Shown one piece after another: positions 43,939-53,212 of a DNA stretch of 64,000 bases (position 1 is the first letter of the stretch; each line of letters begins with the position of its first letter). This DNA comes from Candidatus Xenobia bacterium (GTDB lineage Bacteria; Vulcanimicrobiota; Xenobia; Xenobiales; QWHO01). The DNA lies in assembly GCA_045863235.1 (NCBI GenBank), contig BTUM01000014.1, positions 58,878 to 122,877 on the forward strand. The letters run 5' to 3'. The notes under the pieces were generated by a model. The model saw only the letters and a list, made by a program, of their open reading frames with translations. It did not search any database and was not told the DNA's origin. The position numbers and the translations under genes were made by a program.

Positions 43939-45045
43939 ATGCTCTCGACCCTTCTGCGCGATCTGGTGGCCATCGACTCGGTCTCGGCCCGCTCCAACCT
44001 GCCCATCGCCCATCACCTGCAGTCCCGCCTCGAGAAGCTGGGCTTCGAGGTGAGCCTGCGGCCTCACACCGAGGGCAAGGTCAACCTGCTGGCCCGCGCC
44101 GGCCCGCGCCGCGAGGGGGGCCTGGCCCTGGTGGCCCACACCGACACCGTGCCCTACGACAGCGCCTGGGACGAGGCGCTGCAGCTCACCGAGCGGGAGG
44201 GTAAGCTCTTCGGGCGGGGATCGGTGGACACCAAGGCGGGTCTTGCGTGTGCTCTGTGGGCGGTGGAGCGGGTCGACCTGTCGCTGCTACGCGAGCCCCT
44301 CTGGGTGGTGGCCACGGCCGATGAGGAGATCGGCTGCCTGGGCGCGCGCCGCCTGATGGAAGAGCGGGCCCTCAGCGTGGAGCACGCCCTGGTGGCCGAG
44401 CCCACCCGGATGATCCCGGTCTTCGCCCACAAGGGTTACTGGGCCGCCCAGGTGGAGGTGCACGGGGTCGAAGGCCATAGCGCCTTTCCCGAGACGGGCG
44501 TCTCGGCGGTGTGGAAGGCGGCCCGCCTCTTGACCGCGCTCGAGCAGGTGGCTCACGAGATGAAGGGCCTGCAGCATCCGGATTTTTCGCCTCCCTACAC
44601 CACCTTGAACGTGGGCACGCTGGAGGGGGGCAAGGCTCGCAATGTGATCGCCGGCAGCGTGCGTTTCCCGCTCGAATGGCGCCCCCTGCCCGGGCAGGAC
44701 GGAGAAGAGGTGGCCCACCGGGTGCGCGCCGCCATCGCCAGGCTCAGCGCCGAGGACCCCGAGTTCCGGGCCACCTTCGAGGTGATCCGGCGTGACCCGG
44801 CCGCTTCCAGCCATCCCGGCGCTCCCCTGGCTCAGCTGGTCAGCCAGTTGACCGGGAAGGCTCCCGGGACCATCCCCTTTGGCACCGAGCTGCCCTACCT
44901 GGTAGGCCTGGGGGCGCAGGCCGTGGTCTTCGGCCCGGGTGACATCCGCGAGGCGCACAAGACGGGGGAGTTCGTGCCCGCAGACGAGCTCGAGCAGGCG
45001 GCCGGGGTGTATCTGGAGGTGGTCCGCCGGTTCTGTTGCGGGTGA
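43939..45045 (+). CDS. argE: Acetylornithine deacetylase (M20 family)
   Basis: HTDTVP, GRGSVDTK, DEEIG, EPT, HKG, GHS, FGTE, AH; ATG 43939. Confidence 0.85.
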   Translation: MLSTLLRDLVAIDSVSARSNLPIAHHLQSRLEKLGFEVSLRPHTEGKVNLLARAGPRREGGLALVAHTDTVPYDSAWDEALQLTEREGKLFGRGSVDTKAGLACALWAVERVDLSLLREPLWVVATADEEIGCLGARRLMEERALSVEHALVAEPTRMIPVFAHKGYWAAQVEVHGVEGHSAFPETGVSAVWKAARLLTALEQVAHEMKGLQHPDFSPPYTTLNVGTLEGGKARNVIAGSVRFPLEWRPLPGQDGEEVAHRVRAAIARLSAEDPEFRATFEVIRRDPAASSHPGAPLAQLVSQLTGKAPGTIPFGTELPYLVGLGAQAVVFGPGDIREAHKTGEFVPADELEQAAGVYLEVVRRFCCG

Positions 45046-45118
45046 GTAACCAGCGGGGAACCCGCGCGTGATATCGACCCTCAGAAGCGAGGGGGGTCCG
45101 GTCCCGCGCGCGCCCACA

Positions 45119-45172
45119 CTCGAACATCTGTTCCAAATTTGAACCGGCGGTTCACGAACATCTGTTCCCGGC
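45119..45172. repeat. Isolated copy of the repeat head with two LexA-box-like GAAC-N4-GTTC sites
   Basis: CGAACATCTGTTCC at 45121 and 45155; TGAACCGGCGGTTCA at 45140; homologous to 49666-49720. Confidence 0.8.
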
Positions 45173-45306
45173 ACGACCATCAGTGCTGCGTCCTGCAAGT
45201 TCGTGACCACGAAAAGCACCTGATATCCCCGGCATCCCCCATCTTCCTCTCCTCGCTTGGGAATCTCGTTCAAGGACCGGTCGCCAAGACCGCCGAATTG
45301 CCACAG

Positions 45307-46005
45307 GTGCTGGAGAGACAACAACTGGACAGGCTGTGGCAACTGTTGAGCCAGACCTGCCTGGCCGATCACCTCGTGCTGGTGGGCTCGGCGGCTGTGT
45401 ATCGCACCCCTTCTTCGCTGCCACCGCTGACCACCGACGCCGACTACGCGATTGACCAGTCCATCCTCCGCCAGCATCTCGACGAGTTCCTGGCTCAACT
45501 CCAGTCGTTGGGGTTCGAGCGGGTGGCGGACACCTCAACCTTCGTCCATCCTGACGGCTTCAGCTTCGACCTGCTTGGACTCGATGCCCCTGGACTGGGC
45601 GACCGGGTGGCCGACTTCTCGAATTTCTCGGCGATGGTTTTCGAGGATCTGTGCCAGGTTGTTGCCGAGCCGGGTGCGATCCGGGTGGGGCCCGACCAGG
45701 GCAGGGTCCTGTCCCCCCCAGCTCTGGTGCTCTCCAAGCTGAGGACCTGGCGACGCGAGAAGGGCATTAAGGACAAGCTCCAGGCTCTGGCGCTGGTGGG
45801 CGAGTTGGGCCAGTCGGCAGAGTTCCAGTCCCAGCTAGAGCTGATGGTCGGTCGCCTCTCCGGGGAAGATTGGCAAGACCTGCTCGCTGATGCGCAGGCA
45901 GCCTTCATCGGGTTGGGCCGCGAGGAAGGCCGAGAGTATGCGCACTATGGACCGCTGGTCGAGCGAGGGTTCCAGATGCTGATCGCGCTGAGGCCCGCAC
46001 TTTGA
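45307..46005 (+). CDS. Nucleotidyltransferase-fold protein (AbiEii/DUF1814-like)
   Basis: LVLVGSAAV...TTDADY resembles the G[GS]...DxD NTase motif; K...KD near C-terminus; start uncertain. Confidence 0.6.
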   Translation: MLERQQLDRLWQLLSQTCLADHLVLVGSAAVYRTPSSLPPLTTDADYAIDQSILRQHLDEFLAQLQSLGFERVADTSTFVHPDGFSFDLLGLDAPGLGDRVADFSNFSAMVFEDLCQVVAEPGAIRVGPDQGRVLSPPALVLSKLRTWRREKGIKDKLQALALVGELGQSAEFQSQLELMVGRLSGEDWQDLLADAQAAFIGLGREEGREYAHYGPLVERGFQMLIALRPAL

Positions 46006-46523
46006 GTCTGCGGTCGCAGCACAGAGAGTTGCAGCGCTCGCTCCGTGAAAGAAAGCGCGCGCATCTGACCCGTCGTGCCTACCCTTCCGTCTACCGAGCC
46101 GTGGCCCATCTCGTGCCGGTCGTGCTCCCGCTCGTCGGACGGATGCAGGCTTACCCCCTGACGGCGCCCGCTCGAGAAGTGCTCGATCGGCTGGCGCCGC
46201 AGAGCGTGCTCTGCTTCGAGACGGCTCTGGAGGCCTGGAAGGGCCGTCGGCTCCTGACCGCGCGAGACCTGCACGCCTACACCACCGATGCCAACCTGGC
46301 CGAGAGCTTGCCGGGACTTGGTCCCGAATGCGTCCCGCCAGACCTCACTCCGATTTTTCCCAGGGACCCCCACCTGTTCTTGTGGGTCCTGCAAGCATGG
46401 CCAGAGCACGTCGAGTTGGAGGGCGTCCGCGTCGTGACGGCGGAAAGACTCTTGCGCGAGTATCTCGGCACAGTGGGTCAGCGCTTCGACTTGCTCGCGG
46501 TTCTGGTCCACCTGCTCGGATAG
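46002..46523 (+). CDS. Hypothetical protein, possibly AbiEi-like partner
   Basis: TTGA overlap with upstream gene; EGVRVVTAERLLREYL resembles the AbiEi C-terminal domain. Confidence 0.45.
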   Translation: MSLRSQHRELQRSLRERKRAHLTRRAYPSVYRAVAHLVPVVLPLVGRMQAYPLTAPAREVLDRLAPQSVLCFETALEAWKGRRLLTARDLHAYTTDANLAESLPGLGPECVPPDLTPIFPRDPHLFLWVLQAWPEHVELEGVRVVTAERLLREYLGTVGQRFDLLAVLVHLLG

Positions 46524-49472
46524 ATGAGGCTCGCCCGCGGCCTGGTGTGCGCCCTCTTGCTGCTGGGCCTGGCAGTGGCTCAGGAGGTCCCTGAGGAGCC
46601 CTGGCAGGCTCTCAGAATCCTCCGGCAGAAAGAACGCCAGGGGGATCTCCAAGCAATTCGCAGGCTTGGGCGGGCCTGGGAAACGGCCCTGCCCCGGTGG
46701 GACCAGCGCGACCACAGCACGCGCGAGGTGCTGGCTTGCCTGGCTGAGCATGGCGAACTCGAGTTCTTGCGACGGCTGGTGGCCAGCCTCCCGGACGGCC
46801 CCGGGCGCGCCCAGATCGCCCGGCGGGTGGCCGGAAGCTGGGGGAGTCTCCCGCCGGCCTCTGCGCGATGGCTGAACCTGCCCCGGGGAGCGCTGGCCCT
46901 GCCCGCCGCCGGGGCCACCTGCCTGGCCTCAGATGATCGATTCGTGTACGCGGGCGCATCCTGGGGCCTGACTGTCTACGCTCACGACCTGACGCCGCGC
47001 GCCCGGGTCGCGCTGGGCCGAGGGGTGCTGGACCTGGAGGCTCTGGGCGGTTTTGTGTGGGCGGCCACCGGCGAAGGCTTGCTCCGGATCGACCCCGATA
47101 CCGGCCAGGTCCGCCGGATTGCGCTCGAGCCGGGCTCGATTCAGGACCTGTTTCGCCAGGGAGAGCTCCTCTGGGTCCTGACCGATCAGCACCTGCAGCG
47201 GCTGGACCCGAGCACGATGGAGCTCTTGCTGGTCCGAGCGCCGGGTTACGGTCTCCGACGGGGACTTTCGGCCGGCAACACCGTCTGGGTCGAATTGTCA
47301 GGCAATCTCGGCGCTCCCCTCGGAATCTATAGGCCCGATCAGGACTCGTGGAAGATCTTGTCCGGCAACCTGGGGCTCCTGGCCTATGCCGATGGACGGC
47401 TGTGGGGTGCGCGACGGCGGGACGAGAAGAGCTGGCCCGTCCTGCTCGGCCTGGACGGCAACGTGACCGAGCCGTCCCCTGGGCTGGCTCGCTGGTCGCG
47501 TTGGGAGAGCTACGCGGGGAGCCAGGGGGAGCGGACTATCTTCGCGTCCTGCTCTTACGACTCAGGCCGACAGACTTTCGTGCCCGCAGGCTTATCCCCG
47601 CGCGGCGTCGCGGCCGACCTGCTGGAGCCGGGTCCTTGCCGACGGCTCCCCAGAGGATCGGGGACGCTCGTCCCCGGGCAACTGCTGCAAGCGACCTCGG
47701 ACAGCCTGCCCGGTCGACTGTCGAGCTGGGTGCAGTTTCCGGGTGAGTCCCTCTGGCAGTCCGGTGACCGCACGGCGGTGGTGACTCCGAATCTGACGGT
47801 GGCGGCCTGGATCGGCGAGCCGGAGGGAAGGCCTTCCTTCGAGCGGGGGCTCGAATTTCAAGGTCGAGCCTATTTTGCGGACTTCGACGGGGTGGTGGCC
47901 TACAATCCCCGCACCCGGGTCTTTCGCGCCTTCCCCATGCCCTGGGAAGAGGAGGTGGATGACGACGGCCCCTCCCTCTTCCTCCTGACCGACACGGGAA
48001 CGATCGAGGCCCGGGGGCAGCGGCTCTGGTGGGTGGGAGAGAAGGTGGAGCGATCCTTTCGCCCAGAGACCGGAGGCTTTGGGCCCCTGCAACCCCGGAG
48101 CAGCCCCCCCGAGCCCCGCTCCCAGAGCCATTTGCCTTTGCTGGGTGGGCCGCTCCGAGGGGAGTCGGTGATCGAGGGGAGACGATTGCTCTGGGGCGAC
48201 CACGGTCTGGTCCTGCTCGACGGCCCGACGCAGCCGCTGGAGTTTCAGGTCCTGAAGCCCGAAGTCCGCCTTTCCCGGGACGCGGTGTGGCAGCTCGAAG
48301 CCGACCAGGTGCGAGAATCCAACTACGGGACCGAGAATCTCAACGGCTATCTCGAGAGCGAGAATCCCTATGTTCGGCGCTGGGCCCTGCAAGAGTCGAT
48401 CGTGTGGCACAATCGGAAAGTTCCGGTCCCCTCGGAGAAGCTTCGCAGGTGCCTGTCCGATCCCGACGGGGAGGTGCGCCGCCTGGCCCTGGTAGGGCTG
48501 GCCGAGCGACCGGCCGACGCGGGCCCGAAGCTCTTTCAAGCCGCGCTCGCGGACCCCGAGCCGGAGGTGCGCGTCGCGGCAGCGTGGGGCCTGGTGCTCC
48601 GACGGCAGCGACCGCCCACCGAGTTGCTCGAGCCCGTGGCCAGGCGGTACGCTGTTCGCGGGGAGATCTTCCTGGTGGCGGGCTCAGAGGACCTTGCCTT
48701 GCTACTCAGGCACGCCTGGTCCGAAATCAAACCCGTGCGCGAAGCCCGGGAGCTGCTCCTGGCGAACCCCCGGTGGCTGCCGGCCCTGCTCTCGCAGGAA
48801 GAACCGTCGTCCTTCACCGACCGCTGGTTCGAGGTCTCCTGCCCGGAGATCTTCCCCCTGCTTTATCCGCAGCTTCGCTCGGCCGACCCGAAAGTTCGCG
48901 CGGGAGCCGCACGATTGTGCTTTCGCTTCCCGCGCCCGGAGTCGGGACCTCCCCTGCTGGCGGCCGCCCGGCAGGAAACCGACCGGGATATCCAGGCCCG
49001 GCTGATCGAGGCCCTGAGCCGGACGGGCTACCACCAGTCGCTCCCCTGGCTTCTCGGCCTCCGGGACAGCCCGGACGCCGCTCTGGCGGTCTTCCGTCTC
49101 GATCCCGCCCGGGGCGAGCCTCTGCTGGTCGGGCTCTGCCGGCACAAGAGCGCGAGAACGCGGCTACGGGCGGCGAGAGAGCTGATCACCTCTCCCCCGG
49201 GCCCGGCCGGGATCGCGTGTTTGCGACGGTTGCTCTACGACCCCGATCGGGACGTCCGGCTGGTGGCGGCCCTCGTGCTGTTGGAGTGGGACGATCCAGC
49301 CGGCCAGCAACGCGTCCTCAGCTGGCTTCGGCTCCCCACCATCGACCTGCTCAGGGCACTCATGGCAGTAAGGCCCGAGCGACTCGAGTTCGCGCGGGAG
49401 GCTCTCGAGCGCATCGCCAGGACGCCGAGCGCGGAGGCGGAGCTTGCCTGGCGGCTGCTGAGGGGGCGATAA
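46524..49472 (+). CDS. Exported beta-propeller plus HEAT-repeat protein
   Basis: Signal MRLARGLVCALLLLGLAVA; WAATGEGLLRID; HEAT repeats DPDGEVR, DPEPEVR, DPKVR, DPDRDVR. Confidence 0.78.
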   Translation: MRLARGLVCALLLLGLAVAQEVPEEPWQALRILRQKERQGDLQAIRRLGRAWETALPRWDQRDHSTREVLACLAEHGELEFLRRLVASLPDGPGRAQIARRVAGSWGSLPPASARWLNLPRGALALPAAGATCLASDDRFVYAGASWGLTVYAHDLTPRARVALGRGVLDLEALGGFVWAATGEGLLRIDPDTGQVRRIALEPGSIQDLFRQGELLWVLTDQHLQRLDPSTMELLLVRAPGYGLRRGLSAGNTVWVELSGNLGAPLGIYRPDQDSWKILSGNLGLLAYADGRLWGARRRDEKSWPVLLGLDGNVTEPSPGLARWSRWESYAGSQGERTIFASCSYDSGRQTFVPAGLSPRGVAADLLEPGPCRRLPRGSGTLVPGQLLQATSDSLPGRLSSWVQFPGESLWQSGDRTAVVTPNLTVAAWIGEPEGRPSFERGLEFQGRAYFADFDGVVAYNPRTRVFRAFPMPWEEEVDDDGPSLFLLTDTGTIEARGQRLWWVGEKVERSFRPETGGFGPLQPRSSPPEPRSQSHLPLLGGPLRGESVIEGRRLLWGDHGLVLLDGPTQPLEFQVLKPEVRLSRDAVWQLEADQVRESNYGTENLNGYLESENPYVRRWALQESIVWHNRKVPVPSEKLRRCLSDPDGEVRRLALVGLAERPADAGPKLFQAALADPEPEVRVAAAWGLVLRRQRPPTELLEPVARRYAVRGEIFLVAGSEDLALLLRHAWSEIKPVREARELLLANPRWLPALLSQEEPSSFTDRWFEVSCPEIFPLLYPQLRSADPKVRAGAARLCFRFPRPESGPPLLAAARQETDRDIQARLIEALSRTGYHQSLPWLLGLRDSPDAALAVFRLDPARGEPLLVGLCRHKSARTRLRAARELITSPPGPAGIACLRRLLYDPDRDVRLVAALVLLEWDDPAGQQRVLSWLRLPTIDLLRALMAVRPERLEFAREALERIARTPSAEAELAWRLLRGR

Positions 49473-49665
49473 TCTCGCGCAGAGACTCAAGTTCTCCCCT
49501 GTCCGACCTGCTCCGAAAGGTCCACGCCAACGGCCGTCTCGTCGGCGTCAGGCCCGGCACCTGGGACAATCCGGCGCTGCTCGCGTCATTAATGGAGCGG
49601 TTGGGCGCCTCGGCGGGCGAATCAGCGCAACGCCCGGGTCGCGTTCCCGGTCGCCCGGCCCTACG

Positions 49666-49948
49666 CTCGAACACTTATTCCAAATTTGAACCGGCGGTTT
49701 ACGAACATCCGTTCCTGGCGAGGCGATCCAATCCCGTGGTTGTGGCGATGCGACCGGCATCCCGGTCGTTCGGCCTCTGAACCGGCGGTTCACGAACGTC
49801 TGTTCCCGGCAAGGCGATCCAATCCCGTGGTTGTGGCGATGCGACCGGCATCCCGGTCGTTCGGCCTCTGAACCGGCGGTTCACGAACGTCTGTTCCCGA
49901 CAAGGCGATCCAATCGCGTGGTTGTGGCGAGGCGACCGCGTCCCGGTC
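49666..49948. repeat. 91-bp tandem repeat, about 3 copies
   Basis: Units start at 49687, 49778 and 49869 (TGAACCGGCGGTT...); contain GAAC-N4-GTTC and the hairpin CGACCGG-CATC-CCGGTCG (degenerate in copy 3). Confidence 0.92.
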
Positions 49949-50010
49949 CCTGGGCCGTCCATACCCGATCGATGCCGTCCACGCCCGAACGAGCTCGAGG
50001 CCCCCCGAGC

Positions 50011-51051
50011 TCAGGCTTGCTCAGGGCTGTAATAGCGTCGGCGGAAGTAGAGCGACAGGTTGACCAGGGCGATCAGCACCGGCACCTCCACCAGAGGACC
50101 GATGACGGCCGCGAAGGCCGCTCCCGAGTGAATCCCAAAGACGGCCACGGCCACGGCGATGGCCAGCTCGAAGTTGTTGCTGGCGGCCGTAAACGCCAGG
50201 GTGGCGCTCCTGGCATAACCCGCCCTGGCATGGTAGCTCAAGAAGAAGCTGACCAGGAACATCACCAGGAAATAGATCAGCAGGGGGATGGCGATACGCA
50301 CCACGTCCATGGGAATGGTGACGATCAGACTCCCCTTGAGGCTGAACATGACCACGATGGTGAACAGCAGGGCCACCAGGGTGATGGGGCTGATGGCCGG
50401 GACGAAGGTCTGGTGATACCACTGCTTGCCCCGGGCCCGAACCAGCAGGTAGCGCGTGGCTGCTCCGGCCAGGAACGGAACGCCCAGGTAGAGGAAGACG
50501 CTCTGCGCGATCTGACCCATGGAGATCGAGACCAGCGCCCCCTGCATGCCCAGCAGCGGGGGCAGCACGGTGATGAAGAACCAGGCGTACAGGCTGAAGA
50601 ACAGCACCTGGAAGATGCTGTTGAAGGCCACCAGCCCGGCGGCATACTCGCAGTCTCCCTCGGCCAGGTCGTTCCAGACGATGACCATGGCGATGCAGCG
50701 GGCCAGCCCGATCATGATCAGGCCCACCATGTACTCGGGATAATCGCGCAGAAAGGTGACGGCCAGGAGGAACATGAGCACGGGGCCGATCACCCAGTTC
50801 TGGAGCAGCGACAGACCCAGGATCTTCCCGTCGCGAAAGACGTCCCCCAGCTCTTCGTAGCGAACCTTGGCCAGGGGCGGGTACATCATCAAGATCAAGC
50901 CGATGGCAATGGGCACGTTGGTGGTGCCGACCTGGAATCGGTCGATGACCTCCCCGATCTGGGGAAAGAAGTAGCCCAGAGCGACTCCCAGCGCCATGGC
51001 CAGGAAGATCCAGAGGGTCAGGAAACGGTCCAGAAACGAGAGCTTCTTCAC
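50011..51051 (-). CDS. acr3: Acr3-family arsenite efflux transporter
   Basis: [45 protein letters not shown] 51051. Confidence 0.95.
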   Translation of the reverse strand: MKKLSFLDRFLTLWIFLAMALGVALGYFFPQIGEVIDRFQVGTTNVPIAIGLILMMYPPLAKVRYEELGDVFRDGKILGLSLLQNWVIGPVLMFLLAVTFLRDYPEYMVGLIMIGLARCIAMVIVWNDLAEGDCEYAAGLVAFNSIFQVLFFSLYAWFFITVLPPLLGMQGALVSISMGQIAQSVFLYLGVPFLAGAATRYLLVRARGKQWYHQTFVPAISPITLVALLFTIVVMFSLKGSLIVTIPMDVVRIAIPLLIYFLVMFLVSFFLSYHARAGYARSATLAFTAASNNFELAIAVAVAVFGIHSGAAFAAVIGPLVEVPVLIALVNLSLYFRRRYYSPEQA

Positions 51052-51479
51052 AGCTCGGCAGGCCAGTCGGGCAGTTTCTCGAGCAACCGTCGGCAGAGCT
51101 CGGCGAGCTGGTCGCGCACCTCGCGCCAATGCTCCAGGTCGTGGCCGCTGGGGTCAGGCACGCAAACGTGGTAGCGGCGGGTCTGCCCGGGAAAGAGCGG
51201 GCAACTCTGATTGGCGCTGTCGCACACGGTCCACACGGCATCGAAGCGGTCGAGCTCGGGCACTTCCTCGAGGGTCTTGGAACGGTGCGAGCTGAGGTCG
51301 ATGCCTGCTTCGCGCATGACCTCGATGCCTTCGGGCTTGACCCTGGTCTTCTCTGAGCCGGCCGACCAGACTTCCAGCGCCAGGCCCCGCTCAGCCGCCA
51401 GGAAGCGCAACCAGCCCTCGGCCATCTGGCTGCGAGCCGAGTTGTGAGTGCACAGAACCAGGATTCGCTGGGGAGACAT
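51048..51479 (-). CDS. arsC: Thioredoxin-type arsenate reductase (LMW-PTP fold)
   Basis: [16 protein letters not shown]...CP, DP. Confidence 0.92.
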   Translation of the reverse strand: MSPQRILVLCTHNSARSQMAEGWLRFLAAERGLALEVWSAGSEKTRVKPEGIEVMREAGIDLSSHRSKTLEEVPELDRFDAVWTVCDSANQSCPLFPGQTRRYHVCVPDPSGHDLEHWREVRDQLAELCRRLLEKLPDWPAEL

Positions 51480-51521
51480 CGGAAGAGCTGAACCTCACGG
51501 ACAACCTATCGAGGAGTATCG

Positions 51522-51836
51522 ATGGATTCCTGCTGCAACTCCGCTCCCCCGCCCGCCATGCCCTCCCCACAGGCTCTGAGCGAGCAGGCCCGGCTCTTCA
51601 AAGTACTGGCCGATGCCAGCCGGCTCTGGCTGCTGCATCGGCTTCTCGAGGGCGAGGTGTGCGTCTGCGACCTCCTGAGCGAATTGCCGCTCAGCCAGGC
51701 CACTCTCTCACACCACCTGCGGGTGCTCTCCGAGGCCGACCTGGTCAGCTCGAGCAAGAGAGGACGCTGGAACTTCTACCAGACCACAGCCCGCGGTCGG
51801 GCGCTGGTGGGGAGGGTTCTCAGCTGCTGCCCATGA
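51522..51836 (+). CDS. arsR: ArsR/SmtB-family repressor
   Basis: FKVLADASRL, CVCDL, SQATLSHHLRVL; divergent from arsC-acr3. Confidence 0.92.
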   Translation: MDSCCNSAPPPAMPSPQALSEQARLFKVLADASRLWLLHRLLEGEVCVCDLLSELPLSQATLSHHLRVLSEADLVSSSKRGRWNFYQTTARGRALVGRVLSCCP

Positions 51837-52038
51837 GGGGCACGAACCGAGGCAAGGCCGCCCTGCTCGCCAGGAAGCCCTCCCGCAATGGAGGGCGCCC
51901 TCGCAGATCTCGTCGCGCATCATCGCACGACCTGACTCGCCGCAAGCAGTGCTCACCAGCTCAATCGCCTGGCCATCGACCAGGCTGGTCAGGGTAGCTG
52001 GAGAGGGCTCACGCTCGTCGCGCCAATGGCGGGCCCCA

Positions 52039-53148
52039 TCACGGGGGCACTCTTCGGCGTAGACCTTCCACCTCGACTTCGGTCTCCAAACCGAGGTCGT
52101 GCCGAAGAACCTGCGTGGACAGACGGTCCGGTGCCTGGCGCAGCGCCGCCTGAAGCCACTGCGCCGCCATGTCCGGTCGGCCCGCCCCCGCCCAGGCCAG
52201 CCCGAGCAGGTGCAGGGCATCCGGGGTGGGCTCGCGCTTGACCGCCTGGTGAAGCTCTTGCACCGCCTCGGCGAAGCGCCCGGCGCGGTAGAGAGCTGCC
52301 CCCCGCATGAAGGGCTGCTTCAGCAGCTCAAGCGCCCGCGCATAGTTCCCCTCGCGATAGCAGATCATGCCCTGAAGATAGCGACTCTCCGGGCTGTCCT
52401 CCAGCTCCAGGGCTCGCAGGGCCTGGTCTGCCCAGCCCAGCCGAAACAGGGCCGACCCCCGGTCCAGAGGGGATTCGGGCACATCCAAACCCGGATGCTC
52501 GATTCCAAAGCAGCGTAACAGAGCCGGTCCCATCCAGCACGCCTCCTGGGGAGTGTACCCCCCGTGCACCGAGCTAGCCACCGTGAGAACGTCCGGTTGC
52601 AGCTCTCCCAGCTCGCTCAGGAGCTCTTGCGGCTGTTGCCAGACCTCGCGCTGCTCGTCGATCAGGTAGTCGAGATCGATGTCGAGCAAGAGCGGGTGAG
52701 AGCAGACGGGCAGCGAGGTCGCCCGGCAGAGCGTGAGCCGTCGCCCTCTCAGAACCCCTTCCACGCGGCCTTCAGCCCACTTGAGGCTGCGATACTCCGT
52801 CAGCGTCAGGTCGACCCAAAGTTGCAGCTCGCGACGCGCCCCCTCCAGCGATAGCTCGATCCAGGGAGGGAGCACGCAAACCAGGTGCTCCACGATCCCT
52901 TCGAGCAGGGCGGGGGTCAGGTAGTTGCCACAGTTCAAACCCCGCCCGGGCACGTAGGTGCTGCCCAGGAAGGGCTCCATCTCTGCCTCGCTCCGGGCCC
53001 GCGCAAGCCCCGCCAGGCGTGCGGGGGTGAGGCCTGCGTCGCCCACGTCCAGGTGCGCGTCCACATGCACGCAGGTCGCCCCGCGCACGCCAAGCTCTTT
53101 CCAGAACATATAGGCGCGACAGTGATCCTCGGCCAGCAGGGAGTGCAT
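52039..53148 (-). CDS. UPF0489-like protein with C-terminal TPRs
   Basis: EDH, HVDAHLD, CGNYL, LDIDLDY, GGYTP, then TPR helices. Confidence 0.75.
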   Translation of the reverse strand: MHSLLAEDHCRAYMFWKELGVRGATCVHVDAHLDVGDAGLTPARLAGLARARSEAEMEPFLGSTYVPGRGLNCGNYLTPALLEGIVEHLVCVLPPWIELSLEGARRELQLWVDLTLTEYRSLKWAEGRVEGVLRGRRLTLCRATSLPVCSHPLLLDIDLDYLIDEQREVWQQPQELLSELGELQPDVLTVASSVHGGYTPQEACWMGPALLRCFGIEHPGLDVPESPLDRGSALFRLGWADQALRALELEDSPESRYLQGMICYREGNYARALELLKQPFMRGAALYRAGRFAEAVQELHQAVKREPTPDALHLLGLAWAGAGRPDMAAQWLQAALRQAPDRLSTQVLRHDLGLETEVEVEGLRRRVPP

Positions 53149-53212
53149 CTGAGGAGGGTATCATGCCTGTGGCCCTACTTCCAGGGCAGACCGCTCCAGA
53201 CGGCGAAACACA

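Noticed and set aside
49666..49948. CRISPR array
   Set aside because: Units are near-identical over the full 91 bp with no unique spacers, and there are no cas genes.
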